From Felis catus (taxonomy: Eukaryota): a stretch of 64,000 nt of DNA. This document shows, one piece after another, positions 38,471 through 53,066 of this stretch. How positions within the stretch are numbered: position 1 is the stretch's first letter; each line of letters starts with the position of its first letter. The DNA lies in contig NC_058368.1 of the NCBI RefSeq assembly GCF_018350175.1, positions 18,912,001 to 18,976,000 on the forward strand. The letters are read 5' to 3'. A program made the translations under genes and the position numbers. The notes beneath the pieces are model-generated. The model had not been told where the DNA came from and ran no database searches. It saw only the letters and a list, made by a program, of their open reading frames with translations.

Positions 38471-39664
38471 AACTGACGTCTCTCATAAATTGTAAAAATT
38501 TTGCATCCATGAACTATCCAAAGACGAATTCTGACCCATTTCTTTTTTTTCTCCTTCTGGAAATCTGATTGCACAAATATTACTTTTTTTTAAATTTTTT
38601 AAAAAGTAGGCTCCATGCCCAACATGGGCCTTGAACTGAGATCAAGAGTCGCATGCTCTACTGACTGAGCCAGCCAGGTGCCTAACAAATGTTGCCTTCT
38701 TATACCAATCTTTACCTTGCTTTCATACTTCTTTTCTCTTTTCTTCTCTCCACTACATATGGATTTCTTGAGATCTATTTTCCAGTATCTAATCTGTTGT
38801 TACACCTCTTCACTAAATTTTTTTTCCAAAACCCAATCACTTTCGTCTCTTGCTCTATACTTTATCTTATATATAGTTCATAGTATGAATATTTAAAGGC
38901 TTTACAAAGTCTGCTTTTGTTATCTGTTTCTGCTTGTGTGCAATCACGCTGCTTTGTTTCCTTATATGTTTTATAATTTGAATCCTGAGTTTATGATGGG
39001 TTCCTTCACAGGATTTTCATTTGCTGGGGGCCTGAAACACTACTAGGCTGGGGTTGCTGTAAACTAAATTCTTGTTTTGAGTCTTGTAGAATCTTCAGTC
39101 CTTTCAGTTGTATGAAATTGAGTCACGCTGATAAGCACCATAATAGAAAAATAAACAGTTCTAACTTTGGCTTGAAGACCTAAAGGGCTAGAGGGGGTTA
39201 GAATAAGCTGTTTATTTTTATAAGGTTGCTTCCCGCTGGTGACCCAGACTTACACAAGGGTCATTAATTTATGGTGAAATATATAAAAATATACATGTAT
39301 ACATATTCAAATATATAAAACATATGTGTATGTAGATATACATATTCACGGCATATAAACCTGTCTATAAATCATCTCAACTGTTACAGCATCCTGATAT
39401 CATCAGATACGTGGCTAATAATTATATTTCAAAGAAGTATGGTCACTGAAAAGAAAAATGTTGGAGAAAGCAGCCTTAAACTTATTACTAATTCTAAGAT
39501 ATTCTTCTTGTTAAGAATTACTAGTTGATTCTGTGAATGTTGACTTTTCTTCATGCAAGAATATTCTTCAGTTACTATTATATACTTTTAAGCAAGTTAA
39601 CATTTATACCATTCAAATCAGATGTAATAATTAACATAATATAGGAAAACTTCTAGTAAAATTA

Positions 39665-39670
39665 TTTAAT
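39665..39670 (-). terminator. MRPS31: Candidate MRPS31 polyadenylation signal (ATTAAA)
   Basis: TTTAAT on the plus strand is ATTAAA on the sense strand, about 50 nt after the stop codon. Confidence 0.5.
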
Positions 39671-39718
39671 TTAGTTATAGTATCTACCTCCAGCTTGAAA
39701 CAAAAATTTCCATGGTCT

Positions 39719-40177
<459 letters not shown>

Positions 40178-40492
40178 TTACATAGACACAAAGCTTATAA
40201 AACTCTTTTATAAGGCTTAGCGTATAATACGTGTTTAAAGGGTAGCAACAGTTACTGCTAGTGAGTATTTTAATACCTGAAGCAACTACTAAGAAAACCA
40301 TATAATTAAACTAAAAAAACTTTACATAAACAAAACAAGATAGAATCCTAAAACATGTTCAAGCAGCCCACAGGAAGCTAAAAAAAAAAGAGGAATGAGA
40401 AATGGAGAAAATGAACAGAAGACAACTAATAAAATGAGACACCTAAGTCCTAACAAATCAATAATTACTTGTTTTTAAAAGATTTTATTTTT

Positions 40493-40726
40493 GGGGCGCC
40501 TGGGTGGCGCAGTCGGTTAAGCGTCCGACTTCAGCCAGGTCACGATCTCACGGTCCGTGAGTTCGAGCCCCGCGTCAGGCTCTGGGCTGATGGCTCAGAG
40601 CCTGGAGCCTGTCTCTGATTCTGTGTCTCCCTCTCTCTCTGCCCCTCCCCCGTTCATGCTCTGTCTCTCTCTGTCCCAAAAATAAATAAATGTTAAAAAA
40701 AATTAAAAAAAAATAATAAAATAAAA
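40493..40726 (+). mobile_element. Young CanSINE nested in the tail of an older minus-strand SINE
   Basis: Perfect 17-bp TSD TAAAAGATTTTATTTTT at 40476-40492 and 40727-40743. Confidence 0.9.
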
Positions 40727-43700
40727 TAAAAGATTTTATTTTTAAGATTTATAATAAGTGGGGCTTGAACTCACAACCCCCAGATCAAGAGTCACACACT
40801 CTACCAACTAAGCCAGCCAAGCACCCCAATCAATAATCACTTCAAATGTAATGGTGTAAATACACCAATCAAAAGACAGAGATCGGCAGAGTGGATATAA
40901 AAACATACATGCAACTGTATGCTTTCTATAAGAAGCTCACTTCAAATACAACATAAGTAGGTTGAAAGTAAAAGGATGAAGAAAAATATATCCTGTTAAC
41001 ATTAATGTTTAAAAAAAAAAAAGAAAGCATGAGTGGTTATATGATTATCACGTAAAATAGACTTCAGAGCAAAGAAAATTACTGGGGAGAAATAAAAACA
41101 TTACATAACAAATGGGTCAATGCACCAAGAAGATACAGTGCTCTGAATTATGTATGCACCAAGCAACAGAGTTTCTAAATATGTGAAAGAAAAAAATGAT
41201 AGAAATGAAAGAGAAATAGAAAAACCCAGTGATAGTTGGGCATTTCAAAAGTCCACCGTCAGCAATTCTGAGAACTGCACAATAGAAAATTAGCCACGAC
41301 AGAGAAGAAGTGAACAACATCAACAAACGGTATCAAACTGACATCTACACAATACTCCACCAAACTATTTCAGAGGACAAATTCTTTTCAAGCATTCATG
41401 GAACATTCACCTAGCTAGACCACATCCTAGGTCACAAATGAAAATAACTGGAGTAATACATAGTAGATTCTCTGATCATAATGGAATCAAACCAGAGATC
41501 AGTAAGAGGAAGACCATAGGAAACAGTTAAAACTTAAATATACTTAAAAAGAATTCATAGGTCATAGAAGAAATCTCAAAGATAATTAAAAAAAAAAAAC
41601 TCTGAATGAAAATGAAAACACAACATATCACAATTTGTGGGACACAGCTAAAGCAGTCCTAAAAAAGGAAACACACAGCACTAAATGCACTTACATAAGA
41701 GGAAAAGTCTCAAATCAATCATCTTTTTAAATTTTTTTTTACGTTTATTCATTTTTGAGACAGAGACAGCACGAATGGGGGAAGGCCAGAGAGAGAGGGA
41801 GACACAGAATCCAAAACAGGCTCCAGGCTCTGAGCTGCCAGCACAGAGCCCGAAGTGGGGCTCGAACCCATGGACCGCGAGATCATGACCTGAGCTGAAG
41901 TCGGATGCCCAACCGACTGAGCCACCCAGGTGCCCCCAAATCATCTTTTTTTTTTTTAACGTTTATTTATTTTTTTGGGAGAGACAGAGTGTGAGTGAGG
42001 GAGGCAGAGGAAGAGGGAGACACAGAAATCAAAGCAGGCTCCAGGCTCTGAGCTGTCAGCACAGAGCCCGACAGAGGGCTCAAACTCATAAACCGTGAGA
42101 CCATGACTTGAGCCAAGTGGCCCACTCAAATCCACAGTCTAAATTCCACCTCAAGAACCCACCCAAAGAGCAAAATAGTCCAAAAGCAAGCAAAGGAAGG
42201 AAGTGAACATTTAAAATCGATAAAACTGAAAACAGGAAAATAGAGAAAAATCAGTGAAACAAATACTTAGTTCTTTTTAAAAAAATCTTTATTTTTGAGA
42301 GCGACAGAGAGAGTGCAAGTGGTGGAGGGGCAGAGAGAGAGGCAGAGAGAGAATCCCAAGCAGGCTCCTCACTGTCAGCGCAGAGCCAGACGTGGGGCTC
42401 GATTTCAGGAACCATGAGAACATGACTCGAGACGAAATCAAAAGTCAGATGCTTAACCAAGTCGGTGTCTTAATCCACCCAAGTGCCCCCCAATACTTAG
42501 TCCTTTAAAGAAAACCAGTAAAATTGATAAGTGTCTATTAAGTCTGATAAAGAAAAAAGGAGAGGAATGAAATAGAAATGGGAAGGGGATTATCACTACA
42601 AATCCTGAAATCGTTCACAGCATAATAAAAGAATACCACAAACAATTATATACTAAAAATTCAACAACTTGGGGAAGAAAAAAAATGGACAACTTAAAAA
42701 TCGATTGAACTACCAAAGTTCAAACCAAAATATAGAACCTGAATACTTATAACTATTCAAGAAATTTGTAGTTTAAAAGGTCTCAAAAAAGAAATCCCTA
42801 AGCCCAGATAGCTTCACTTGAGAATCTTATTAAACACCGAAAGAAAAACTAACATCAGTTTTACACAATCTTTTCCAGAAACTAGACCCCTCCAAACTCA
42901 TTGTATAAGGCCAGTATTACCTGGTTACCAAAACCAGACAAAGACACAACAACAAAACAAAAAGAGAGAGAACTACGAGCCATTATCTCTCATGAACTTA
43001 GAGGCAAAAACTTTAAACAAAATTAGCAAACAAATCCAACAATGTATGAAAAGATTTATATGCCAGGATTAAGTGGGATTTATGCCAGCTATGCAGGGTT
43101 GGTTTAACATTTGAAAAACAATGTCATCCATAGCAACAGGCTGAAGAAGAAAAGTCATGTGACACAACACCCATTTTTGACAAAAACTTTTACCAAGTTA
43201 GAATAAGAAAGTTTCAACTTGATAAAGAGCATCTATAAAAAATTTATAGCTAATATCATACTTCATGGTGAAAGACTGCGGCTTTTCCCTTAAGTTCATG
43301 AGCACAAAAACAAAGTCAGCTCTTACCAATCTTACCCAAAACAGTACTAAAAATTTTAGCCACTGCAGTGAGGAAGAAAAGGCATAGAGATGGCAAAGGA
43401 AGAAATAAAACCATCCCCATTTGTAGATGACATGTTTGTCTACATAGAAAATCCCGAAGAATCTACAAAAAAAACCTCCTAGAACTAATTAGTGAGTTCA
43501 GTAAGGTTACAGGATATAAAATCAACACAAAAAATCAATCACATTTCTAATTAAATGTAAATTGGAAGACTCAACCTATTAAGATGTCAATTCTCTCCAA
43601 ATTTATCTATAGGTTTAATGCTCTTCCTATCAAAACCTCAGTGAGGTTTTGCTACAGATAAATCTATTCTAAAATTGGTAAGGAAAGGCACAATCTTGAC

Positions 43701-43829
43701 AGAGAAGAATAAAATAGAAACAATAATGCTAAGACTTACTGAAATAGCTATAATAATCAAAAGCATCATATTGGCAGAGGGACAGACACACAGATTGATG
43801 GAACAGAAGTGAGGGCCAGAAACAGACCC

Positions 43830-44200
43830 TGTTATGGACTGAACGGTGTCCCCCCCAAATCAATAGGTTGAGGCCCTAATTCCCAATGACTATATTTAGA
43901 GATAGGACCTTTAAAGAGGTAATTAAGGTTAGATGAAGTTGTAACAGTGGAGCTCTGATCCAATAGGACTGGTGTCCTCATAAGAAGAGGAAGAGACACC
44001 AAGAATGCACAGAGAGGAAAAAAAATCACGCGAAGATACAAGGAGGAAAGTATCCGCAAACCGAGAGGGCCTGGAGAAACAAAACCTGCTGGTACCTTGA
44101 TCTCGGACTTCCAACCTCCAGAACTATGAAAAAATCAATCTGTTGTTTAAGCGAGCCATGCATGGTATTTTGTTATGGCAGCCGTGCCTGAGTAAGAACA
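43830..44200 (+). mobile_element. MLT1A-like MaLR solo LTR inserted in L1 ORF2
   Basis: TG...CA termini, 371 bp, 5-bp TSD GACCC at 43825-43829 and 44201-44205. Confidence 0.88.
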
Positions 44201-47004
44201 GACCCACACAATTAGGCCCAGTTTTTTAAACAAAGGCACAAAAACAATTCAATGAAGAAAGGGTAGCCGTTTCAACAAACGGTGCCTGAGCAACTGGATA
44301 CCTATTGACAAACACACAGAAAGAACCTCAACCTAAACCTCACACTTCATACAGATGAACCCCAAAGGGATCATGAATTTAAATCTACAACTATACATCA
44401 TATAGAAAAAAAATAGGGGATGGGTGCCTGTCTGGCTCAGTCGGTGGAGCAGGAGACTCTTGATCTCGGGGCTGTGCATTCGAGCCTTATGTCGGGTGTA
44501 GAGATTACTTAAAAATAAAATTTTTTTTTTTTTAAATGTTTATTTTTCAGAGAGAGAGAGAGACACAGAACATGAGCGGGGGAGGGGCAGAGAGAGAGAG
44601 GGAGATACAGAATCCCAAGCAGGCTCCACACAGGGCTTGAACTCATGAACCACGAGATCATGACCTGAGCCAAAGTTGGGCGCTTAACTGACTGAGCCAC
44701 CCAGGTGTGCCTAAGTTTATCCATTTATTTTAAAAGAGAGACAGAGAGAACCAGCAAGGGAGGGGCAGAAAGAGAGGTAGACAGAGGATCCAAAGCAGCT
44801 CTGGGTTGACAGCAGAGAGCCGGACGCGGGGCTCAAACTCACGAACTGTGACATCATGACCTGAGCTGAAGTCGGATGCTTAACAGACTGAGCCACCCAG
44901 GTGCCTCAAAAATAAAATCGTAAAAAAAGAACAGAAGAAAACATAGGGGAAAATCTTCTGGTTCAAGGGCTGGCAAAGAACCTGACACCAAAAGCACCAT
45001 CCGTAAGAGGAAAAACCGGACCCCATCAAAATTAAAAATTTTCCTCTGTCCAAGACCCTGTTAAGAGGATGAAACGACAACTATAGACAGGGGAAAAAAT
45101 ATTTGCAAACCAAATATTCAAGAAAGGGCTAGTATCTGGAATGTATATATAAAAATACCTCTTAAAAGTAAGAAAACCAGACACCCCAATTAGAAAATGG
45201 GCAAAAAACAGAAACAGACATTTCATTGAAGAAAATAAACGGATGGCAAACACACACACACAAAACACGGTCAACCTCTGTAGCGATTAACGAAATGCAG
45301 ATTGAAACCATAATGAGCTATTAATACACATTCATCAGAAGGTAAATAAGTCTAAAGACAACAGTGACGACATCAACTGCTGGTGAGAATGAGAAGCAAA
45401 GACTGTTCACACATTGCTGGAATATAAAATGGCACAGCTACTCCAGAAATCAGTTTAGAAACTTCTTTAAAAAGTGAACATGCAACTGCCATATATGACC
45501 CAACAATTTCGCACCTAAGTATTTACCCTAGGGAAATGGAAATTTGTATTCGTACAAAACTCTGTACACGAGTATTTATAGTACCTTTATTCATAATAGC
45601 CCCAAAACTGGTAACAACCCAGGTGTCTTTTATCAGGTGAATGGCTAAACTATATGGCATATTCAATGAAAACAAACCCACAAATGTACCGATACACGCA
45701 ACAGCTTGGATACATCTCCAGAGAATTAATCAGGTGGGAGTTGAAAAAAAGCCAATCCCCAAAGGTTACACATTATATGATTCTATTTGTATCTATTTTT
45801 AAGTCTATTTATTTATTTTGAGAGAAGAGAGAGAAAGAGAGTGCTCTGCAAGCACACAGGGGAGGGGCAGAGAGAGAACCCCAAGTAGGCTCCAAGCTAA
45901 TGACGTGGGGCTCAATCTCAGGAACCGAGAGATCATGACCTGAGCTGAAATCAAGAGTTAGATGCTTAACTGACTGAGCCACCCAGGTGCCCCTGTATAT
46001 ATTTCCTGAACTGGGAAAATAATAGGAAATGTAGAAGCGTTTTAATGATTGTCAGGGATCCAGGACAAAGGAGGGGAGGCAGTGGGTGGCAAACGGGTGT
46101 GGTCATAAAAGGTGTATGTATACAAGAGCTCCTTGAGTTGGAGCTTGACTGGGGTGTTGGTCACATGACTCTACATGTGTGATAAAATTGTACAGAACTA
46201 AATATGTACATACAAAGGACTACTTGTAAAACTGGTGACATCTGAACATGGTTGAAGAACTATCAATGCCAATGGCCTGGCTGTAATGTTATATGTAGTC
46301 TGGTTATGCAGGAAGTAACTATTGGGAGAAAATGGGTAGAGGCTGTCCAGGATACTTATTATTTCTTCAGTGGCATGTGAATCTACAATGATCTCAAAAT
46401 AGGAGGCTTGAAAAATGCTTTCTGGGGCACCTGGGTGGCTCAGTAAGTTAAGCGTCGACATGGGCTCAGGTCATGATCTCGCGGTCCATGAGTTTGAGCC
46501 GCACCTCAGGCGCTGTGCTGACAGCTCAGAGCCTGGAGCCTGCTTCGGATTCTGTGTCTCCCTCTCTCTCTCCCTTCCCCTGCTTGCACTCTGTCTGTCT
46601 GTCTCTCTCTCTCTCTCTCAAAAATAGTAAACATTAAAAAAATAAAAAAATGCTTTCTAATCACACTTGGAGTTAGTTTATATTTACTGAGACATTTTTA
46701 AAAAATTTATTTGGACATTTAAAGATCCATACGTTATTTTTATTAAAACAAATGTAAATAAAAGGGGCGCCTGCGTGGTTCAGTCAGTTAAGCATCCGAC
46801 TTTGGCTCAGGCCATGATCTCACAGTTCATGAGTTCGAGCCCCGCATCGGGCTCTGTGTTGACAGCTCAGAGCCTGGAGCCTTCTTCAGATTCTGTGTCT
46901 CCCTCTCTCTCTGTTCCTCTCCTGCCTGCACTCTGTCCCTCTCAAAAATAAATAAACTAAAAAAATTTTTAAAAAAGTAAAACAAAAGTAAATAAAAAAA
47001 AATC

Positions 47005-47490
47005 AAGGAGGTAGATTAACAAATGGCCACACATCACCCCTAGGTTTCTATTCATGCCCTTTACAGTGTGACTTTGCCATTCTTCCCATAAATAGGTGCA
47101 GCCTGTCTCTCAAACCGGTGAATTCAGGGTTGGCCAAGTGACCTGCTTTGCCAATGGGGTATTACTAAACACAGTGCAAACAAAGGCTTGAAAAACACTT
47201 ACACATCAATCCTTGCTCTTCCTTGCTGTTAGGAACTCTTCCGCGGCCATGTGAAGAAACCCAAGCTGGTCTGTGAGATGGTGAGTGACATATAACCCAG
47301 GTATCTCCATCTTCCCTGACAACAGCCAGCACCAACAGCCAGACATGTGAGACCAGCCACTCTAGAAGGACCCACCCTCAGCTAAGCTGCCAAAACCATC
47401 CGGAAAACCCCAAAATTCATGAGCAGTTCCAACTTAATTGTTGTTTTATTAAGTTTTGGGGTGGCACATTATGCAGCAAAAACTGATACA
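47005..47490 (+). mobile_element. MaLR LTR (MLT1F-like)
   Basis: GTGTGACTTTGCC, GTGACCTGCTTTGCCAATGG, GCCAGACATGTGA and a terminal AAGTTTTGGGGTGG...TTATGCAGCAA...CTGATACA. Confidence 0.7.
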
Positions 47491-48910
47491 TTTGGGAACA
47501 CGATTTGGTGGCATATGTATGGCTAAAGAACATTCAAGAGCAAGACTGTTAACTGGGTACTGGTAAAAATATGATTAAGTTTAAAGTCAAAGTCAAAGCT
47601 AAAATAAAAATGTTTTTATTATCAATCCAATATAAAATCACTACTACAAAATCTAAGTGGTAATAATGCCACCTAACTGCTCCTGCAAATCTCTATGCTG
47701 GCAAAGCAAAACAGAAGGGACAAACCAGTTCTTAAAACAAACAAACAAAAAAAAAAACCCAAAAAAACTGAAAAAATATACTTCAAATCAGAAAATAATT
47801 TATATGTTTTACACGGCAAAACAACAAACTGCAATTTTTTTACATAAATGAAAAACACAACACTGGGAAGCGAAGTTATAAACACAGGACACGTCATTTT
47901 GTCATTTTCAGTATTACGTTCAGAAACCGGCATGGCCTGCCCCTAGAAATAAAACCCCTTTCCCCAAAAGCATCAAAGTAAATCTTCATAAAGCTAACTA
48001 TTAGTAGAGACAGCATGACGTTTTATTCATCTTAAAATTTAAAAATAAGAAATCTAGAAGAATCTTATTGAACTGCTGAGGCTCCAAATTCTAATGCCAG
48101 TCTCTTAAAGTATTCTGAAGTTCCTAAGTGTATATTGAGGGGAGTGATCAAAGTGAGAAAGTTTCCACAGTTCCTTTCCTGTTTTTCATTCAGATAACAA
48201 TTGGCTTAAGGAGCTGGAAATGAGATACCTCCCTTTCCCACCCTGAAGCATCAATAATATGTACCATGTGTATGGAAACTTGTCACATTTATCTCCCCAA
48301 CCTAACCAAAATACATGTTTTTTTCCTTTTGTAAAAAATAAACTCTCTTACAAATCAGGTCAAATTTAAGATAAGTTCCTGTGGAGTATGGACATTCGAG
48401 ATTTTGATGATCTTAAGTGTTTTACTGATGACAATGTATACCAACCCATACTTTCCTATTACCCTACTTGGTGGTTCCTAGAAAATACATATCCTCACTA
48501 ATAGTTTAAGATTTAAAATCCTTACAGTAAAATCCTCTCACAATATTGTAGGAACAGGGAACGATGAGGTTGATGATCCTTTACTTGTATAATAACCTCA
48601 CTTGTTTCTCAAAAGAATCCCATAAAATAAGTCCTATTATTGTTCCCATCATTTCATAGACAGGAGAAGTGAGGCTTAGAGAGGTTAAGCATACAACGCA
48701 CTCAAAACTGGAACCCTTAACCACTGTCTCTCCTAAATAAAGTCACACTTATTCTACCTCAATATTGGGTTTTAAAACCATGTTTTTAACTGTGAGGACT
48801 TGGAACATCCAAATTTCATCAAATAATGAAATCTTCCCTTAATGTTACATACTGTATTCTGTTAATTTTTTTCTCTAAAATTAAAAAAAAAATTTTAATG
48901 TGTATTTATT

Positions 48911-48951
<41 letters not shown>

Positions 48952-50759
48952 AAGCAGGGGAGGGGCAGAGAGAGGCAGACACAGAATCTGAAGCAGGCTC
49001 CAGGCTCCAAGCTGTCAGCATGGAGCCTGACGCAGGGTCTGAACCCACAAACCGCGAGATTATGACCTGAGCCGAAATTGGACACTCAACTAACTGAGCC
49101 ATGCAGGCGCCCCTCTCTGAATTTTTTTAATGTTTATTTTTGAGAGAAAAAGAGCACAAGTGGGGGAGGGGAAGAGAGAGAGGGAGACACAGAATCTGAA
49201 GCAGATCCAGGCTCTGAGCTATCAGCACAGAGCCTGACGTGGAGCTCGAACTCATGAACCGTGAGGTCATGATCTGAGCTGCATGCAGGTGGTTTCTTAA
49301 CCAACTGAGCCACCCAGGCCCCAGTTCTTTTCTCCTTCTAAAATCCTTTGTTCATACAGGAGGGGAAATGAATTAACCTTTATTCACATGTCTTATATGC
49401 CAAGAACTGTGCTGAGCAAACCAATAGCTTTGTTTTATTTCTTATACTCTTCCAGTGAGGTATCTTTACTTTTACAGATGAGGAAACTAAGGCTCAAGAG
49501 GTTAGTTTCCTCAAAGGCAAATGGCTAAGCAATGGGAGAGTTCAGATCTGTACTCTGGTTTGTACAACTGAAAAGTCCTTGGGGTTTTTTTTTCCTGACA
49601 CCTACCAGAGTATGGAAAGCATAATACTTTGGCAAATATACATGTTATGTAACAGATGAAACACAGCATCCTTTATTACTGCATATACCACACAAATACA
49701 CAAAATATTACGAATTTGCTAAAGAATTGTTAAGTCTCTAAAAAGTTTTCCTAAACAAAGTAACACTTCATCAAGATAGAAGACAAAATATTTCTGATAT
49801 TTAAGTTTCTGTTCCATTTATTAATCCAAACAAATCAAATGTCATCAAAAAATAAAATATTAAGGTGACCGTATAATACTACAAAGGTTAAAATATGGAC
49901 TATACTTTCCCAAGATTTCCTGAGGTGTTTGCAACTCCTACCTAATTGTACCATAAAAGTAAATGAACCTCTTCTAATTGAAAATACATCTAAAACGTTT
50001 AGCTGATGATAATATAAAAAATACCACAAAACGTAAGTAGCAAAGTAATACTGTTTTCCTTTTGAGTGAGGAAGAGGTATCATCTCCAGAATAATCTCCA
50101 GGAAAGTAGGTAATAGCACCAAAGCATCTAGGTATGCTGCCAGAGTTCCAAGAAATTTCGAAGCCTTCCAACATTTTTGCTTTGAGTGGTTTTCAAGTAC
50201 AAGAACCTTGTACCTCATTAATGCAATGGTTTTATGAGTAAAAGATAACCAGTTAAGGCTTTGTGAGAGTTGTAATGTTCTCTAAAGTTGAAATATGATG
50301 TCATTCCCAGGATTAAATGTATGAGATTTTCCAGATAATCCTGGCTGAGCAACCAGAGAACTGTCATCATTTGCAGTCAACACTTTCATGTCACAAAGCA
50401 ATTCATGATGCATTTCTGCCATATAACTTTACTTCTTTAGTTTCCTTATCAAACATCTAGAATTAAGGGAAGTTCTACATTCCTTTTATTTTATTTTCTA
50501 AAGATTTTATTTTTAAGTAAACTCTACACCCAACATGGGTCTTGAACTTACAACCCTGAGATCAAGAGTTACATGCTCCATTAACTGAGCCAGCCAGGTG
50601 CCCCCTAACGTTCCTTTCAAAAACATTGTGAAATTTCTTTTCAGACACCACGATGAAATTTATACAACGTTCTGAAATTCATGTAAGTATCCAGACTCTA
50701 TGACTGAACACCTGCCAGATTTAATCTCCATCACTGAATTGTACAAAACGCTGAAATTA

Positions 50760-50978
<219 letters not shown>

Positions 50979-51978
50979 TTATAATCAACTCCAAATTGGT
51001 GAAACATTTCAGGTCCTGAGGGATATACATAAACAGTATATAATGGAAGGTCATTCTCTGAGAGCTCAAACTGTTCAAAAATGACATAAAAAGCCTGCAG
51101 CAACCATAATTGCAAGCCTTGGCTTCTGTTTTACTACACTGCTAGGCAAGCAAGCCCTGAAGTCTCACTGCCCCCTCTACTGGAAAGGAAAAAAAAAATT
51201 ATGTATTTTGTTTAAGGATGTTTCCATGAATGTGAATATTTTTTATAAGACATGTGACTTTGATATTTATGGTCCAGCCTGTTTACCTTTTAGTCTGTCA
51301 AGATAAGTCACCAATATACAACTAACAAAGACCAAAGAAATTAAATTAACATAATAACAATACTACTAACGGATACGGAGCACTTACTCTTTGCTAATGC
51401 TTTTTCTACATTAGTTCATTTAATCCTCACAACCAACCCTCTAAGTAAGTTAATATCATGTTAGCTTATAACCACCATCATATCACATTTTAATCATTTT
51501 ATTTGCTTTGGAAACGTAAGACACTTTTCAAGAATGAACTGCATTTCCACCAGTCACTGTTGGTGGGAGTGTAAAATGGCACAACCTCTTTGAAAAATAG
51601 TTTGGCAGTTACTTAAAAAATTAGAAAATACACTTCGCATACAACCATTTGACTCCTACTAGATATTTACCCGAGAGAAAACATATGTCCACACAGACTT
51701 GTATACAAAAATTCATGTACAGCCACGTCTGACTGCACACTGACTGCTAGATATTAAGTATGTTGGCCTAGAACATCTCATACAGAGAAAAGATCATAGC
51801 AGTTAGGCTTAATTAGCCACACTTCCAGAGTAATCATAACAGTAAAATAATTATCATAGTCCCATTTTATAGATTTATTCAGTGGACACTGATGAACCTA
51901 TGTCTTTTCCATGATCATCAACACCATCATCATTACGTTTTTTTCTATTTAAAAAAATTTTTTAATGTTTTATTTTAT

Positions 51979-52014
<36 letters not shown>

Positions 52015-53066
52015 CAAAGCGTAAGCAAGGGAGGGACAGAGAGAGAGAGGGAGACACAGAATTCGAAGCAGGCTCCAGGCTCCAAGCTGCCAGCACAGAG
52101 CCAACGCGGGGCTTGAACTCACAAGCAGTGAGATCATGACATGAGCTGAAATCGGACACTTAACCGACTGAGCCACCCAGGTGCCTCAACGCCATCATCG
52201 TTGTTGCTAATAGCTGCATCTATGTACTGAATGTCCATTGTGCTCCTGACACTTCAATTACACATTAGTTCATTTAAGCCTTGAGAGGTATGTATCAGCC
52301 CTATTTTATAGATGGAGAAAGGAAAACTCAAAGAGGTTAGTATGCCAGAATATGAATTTGAATAATCCACACCTATCAAATACTGAAACTCCTTCCATTA
52401 AGCTATCTGGCCTCTTGGCTCTAGATTACTCCAGGATAAGCAGTAGGGTCTATGACTATATCCTTTGCAGCAGTGGTAGGAACACGGAGGGAGCAAAATG
52501 TGGGAATCCTGGGATAGAAGAACTCATTCAATCAATAAATAATTACTGAATGTAAATTATATGTCAGGCATTATTTTAGGTGATAGGGAAACAGCAGTGA
52601 ATAAATGCTAAATTTAAGTCTGCATGTTGCTGCTACTGTATTTAATTGGGAACAAAAGACGTTCTTTAGACTCATGCAAGTATAACTTATTAAACAGTAC
52701 CTTCATTAGAGTAAATTTTCATAAATTTGCATATTACTTTCCTTATTAAAGTACAATCATTTTATACTGTTTTATAAAATTTCAGTACTTCCTTGCCAGC
52801 TAATTTCAGTTTTAGGAACAGGATTTCTGATCAAAAAAAGCAAATTGGCTTCTTCAAGAATACAAGTGCCTCTTCTGGTTGTTCATTAGGTGGACAACAG
52901 TGACTGCCCTGACAGTAAATTCCCTTTAAAAAAGAAAAAAAATGTTTATTTATTTGAGAGACAGCAAGCTCAAACAATGCAGTTTTCACATAAGAGAAAG
53001 GAGGTTGTTCTCTTAGCTTTCTTTTCAGTTTTAAATGAACAAACACTGATTGATTAATGTAAATAT

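Larger units (their letters stand above)
40265..46412 (+). mobile_element. Degenerate old L1 (L1MB/MC-like): ORF2 remnants and 3' UTR, antisense in the last MRPS31 intron, broken by more than 10 SINEs and one LTR
   Basis: Endonuclease start (AATGTAATGG...CCAATCAAAAGACAGAGA) at about 40845; RT motif FVDDM (TTTGTAGATGACATG) at about 43420; ORF2 C-terminal region and 3' UTR at 45000-46410; many stops and frameshifts. Confidence 0.85.

Noticed and set aside
37800..39660. Orthologue of human MIR320D1, which I recall lying just downstream of MRPS31
   Set aside because: I could not find AAAAGCTGGGTTGAGAGG or its reverse complement by eye. A BLAST/Infernal search would be decisive.
49835..50218. 127-aa minus-strand ORF in MRPS31 intron 6
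   Set aside because: No recognisable homology or convincing splice context; compatible with a chance ORF.
52780..52940. Possible poison exon in intron 5 (pyrimidine tract plus AAG acceptor at 52925-52924, in-frame TAA after 12 codons)
   Set aside because: Weak AAG acceptor adjoining a SINE-tail stub and no strong donor nearby; unsupported without RNA data.
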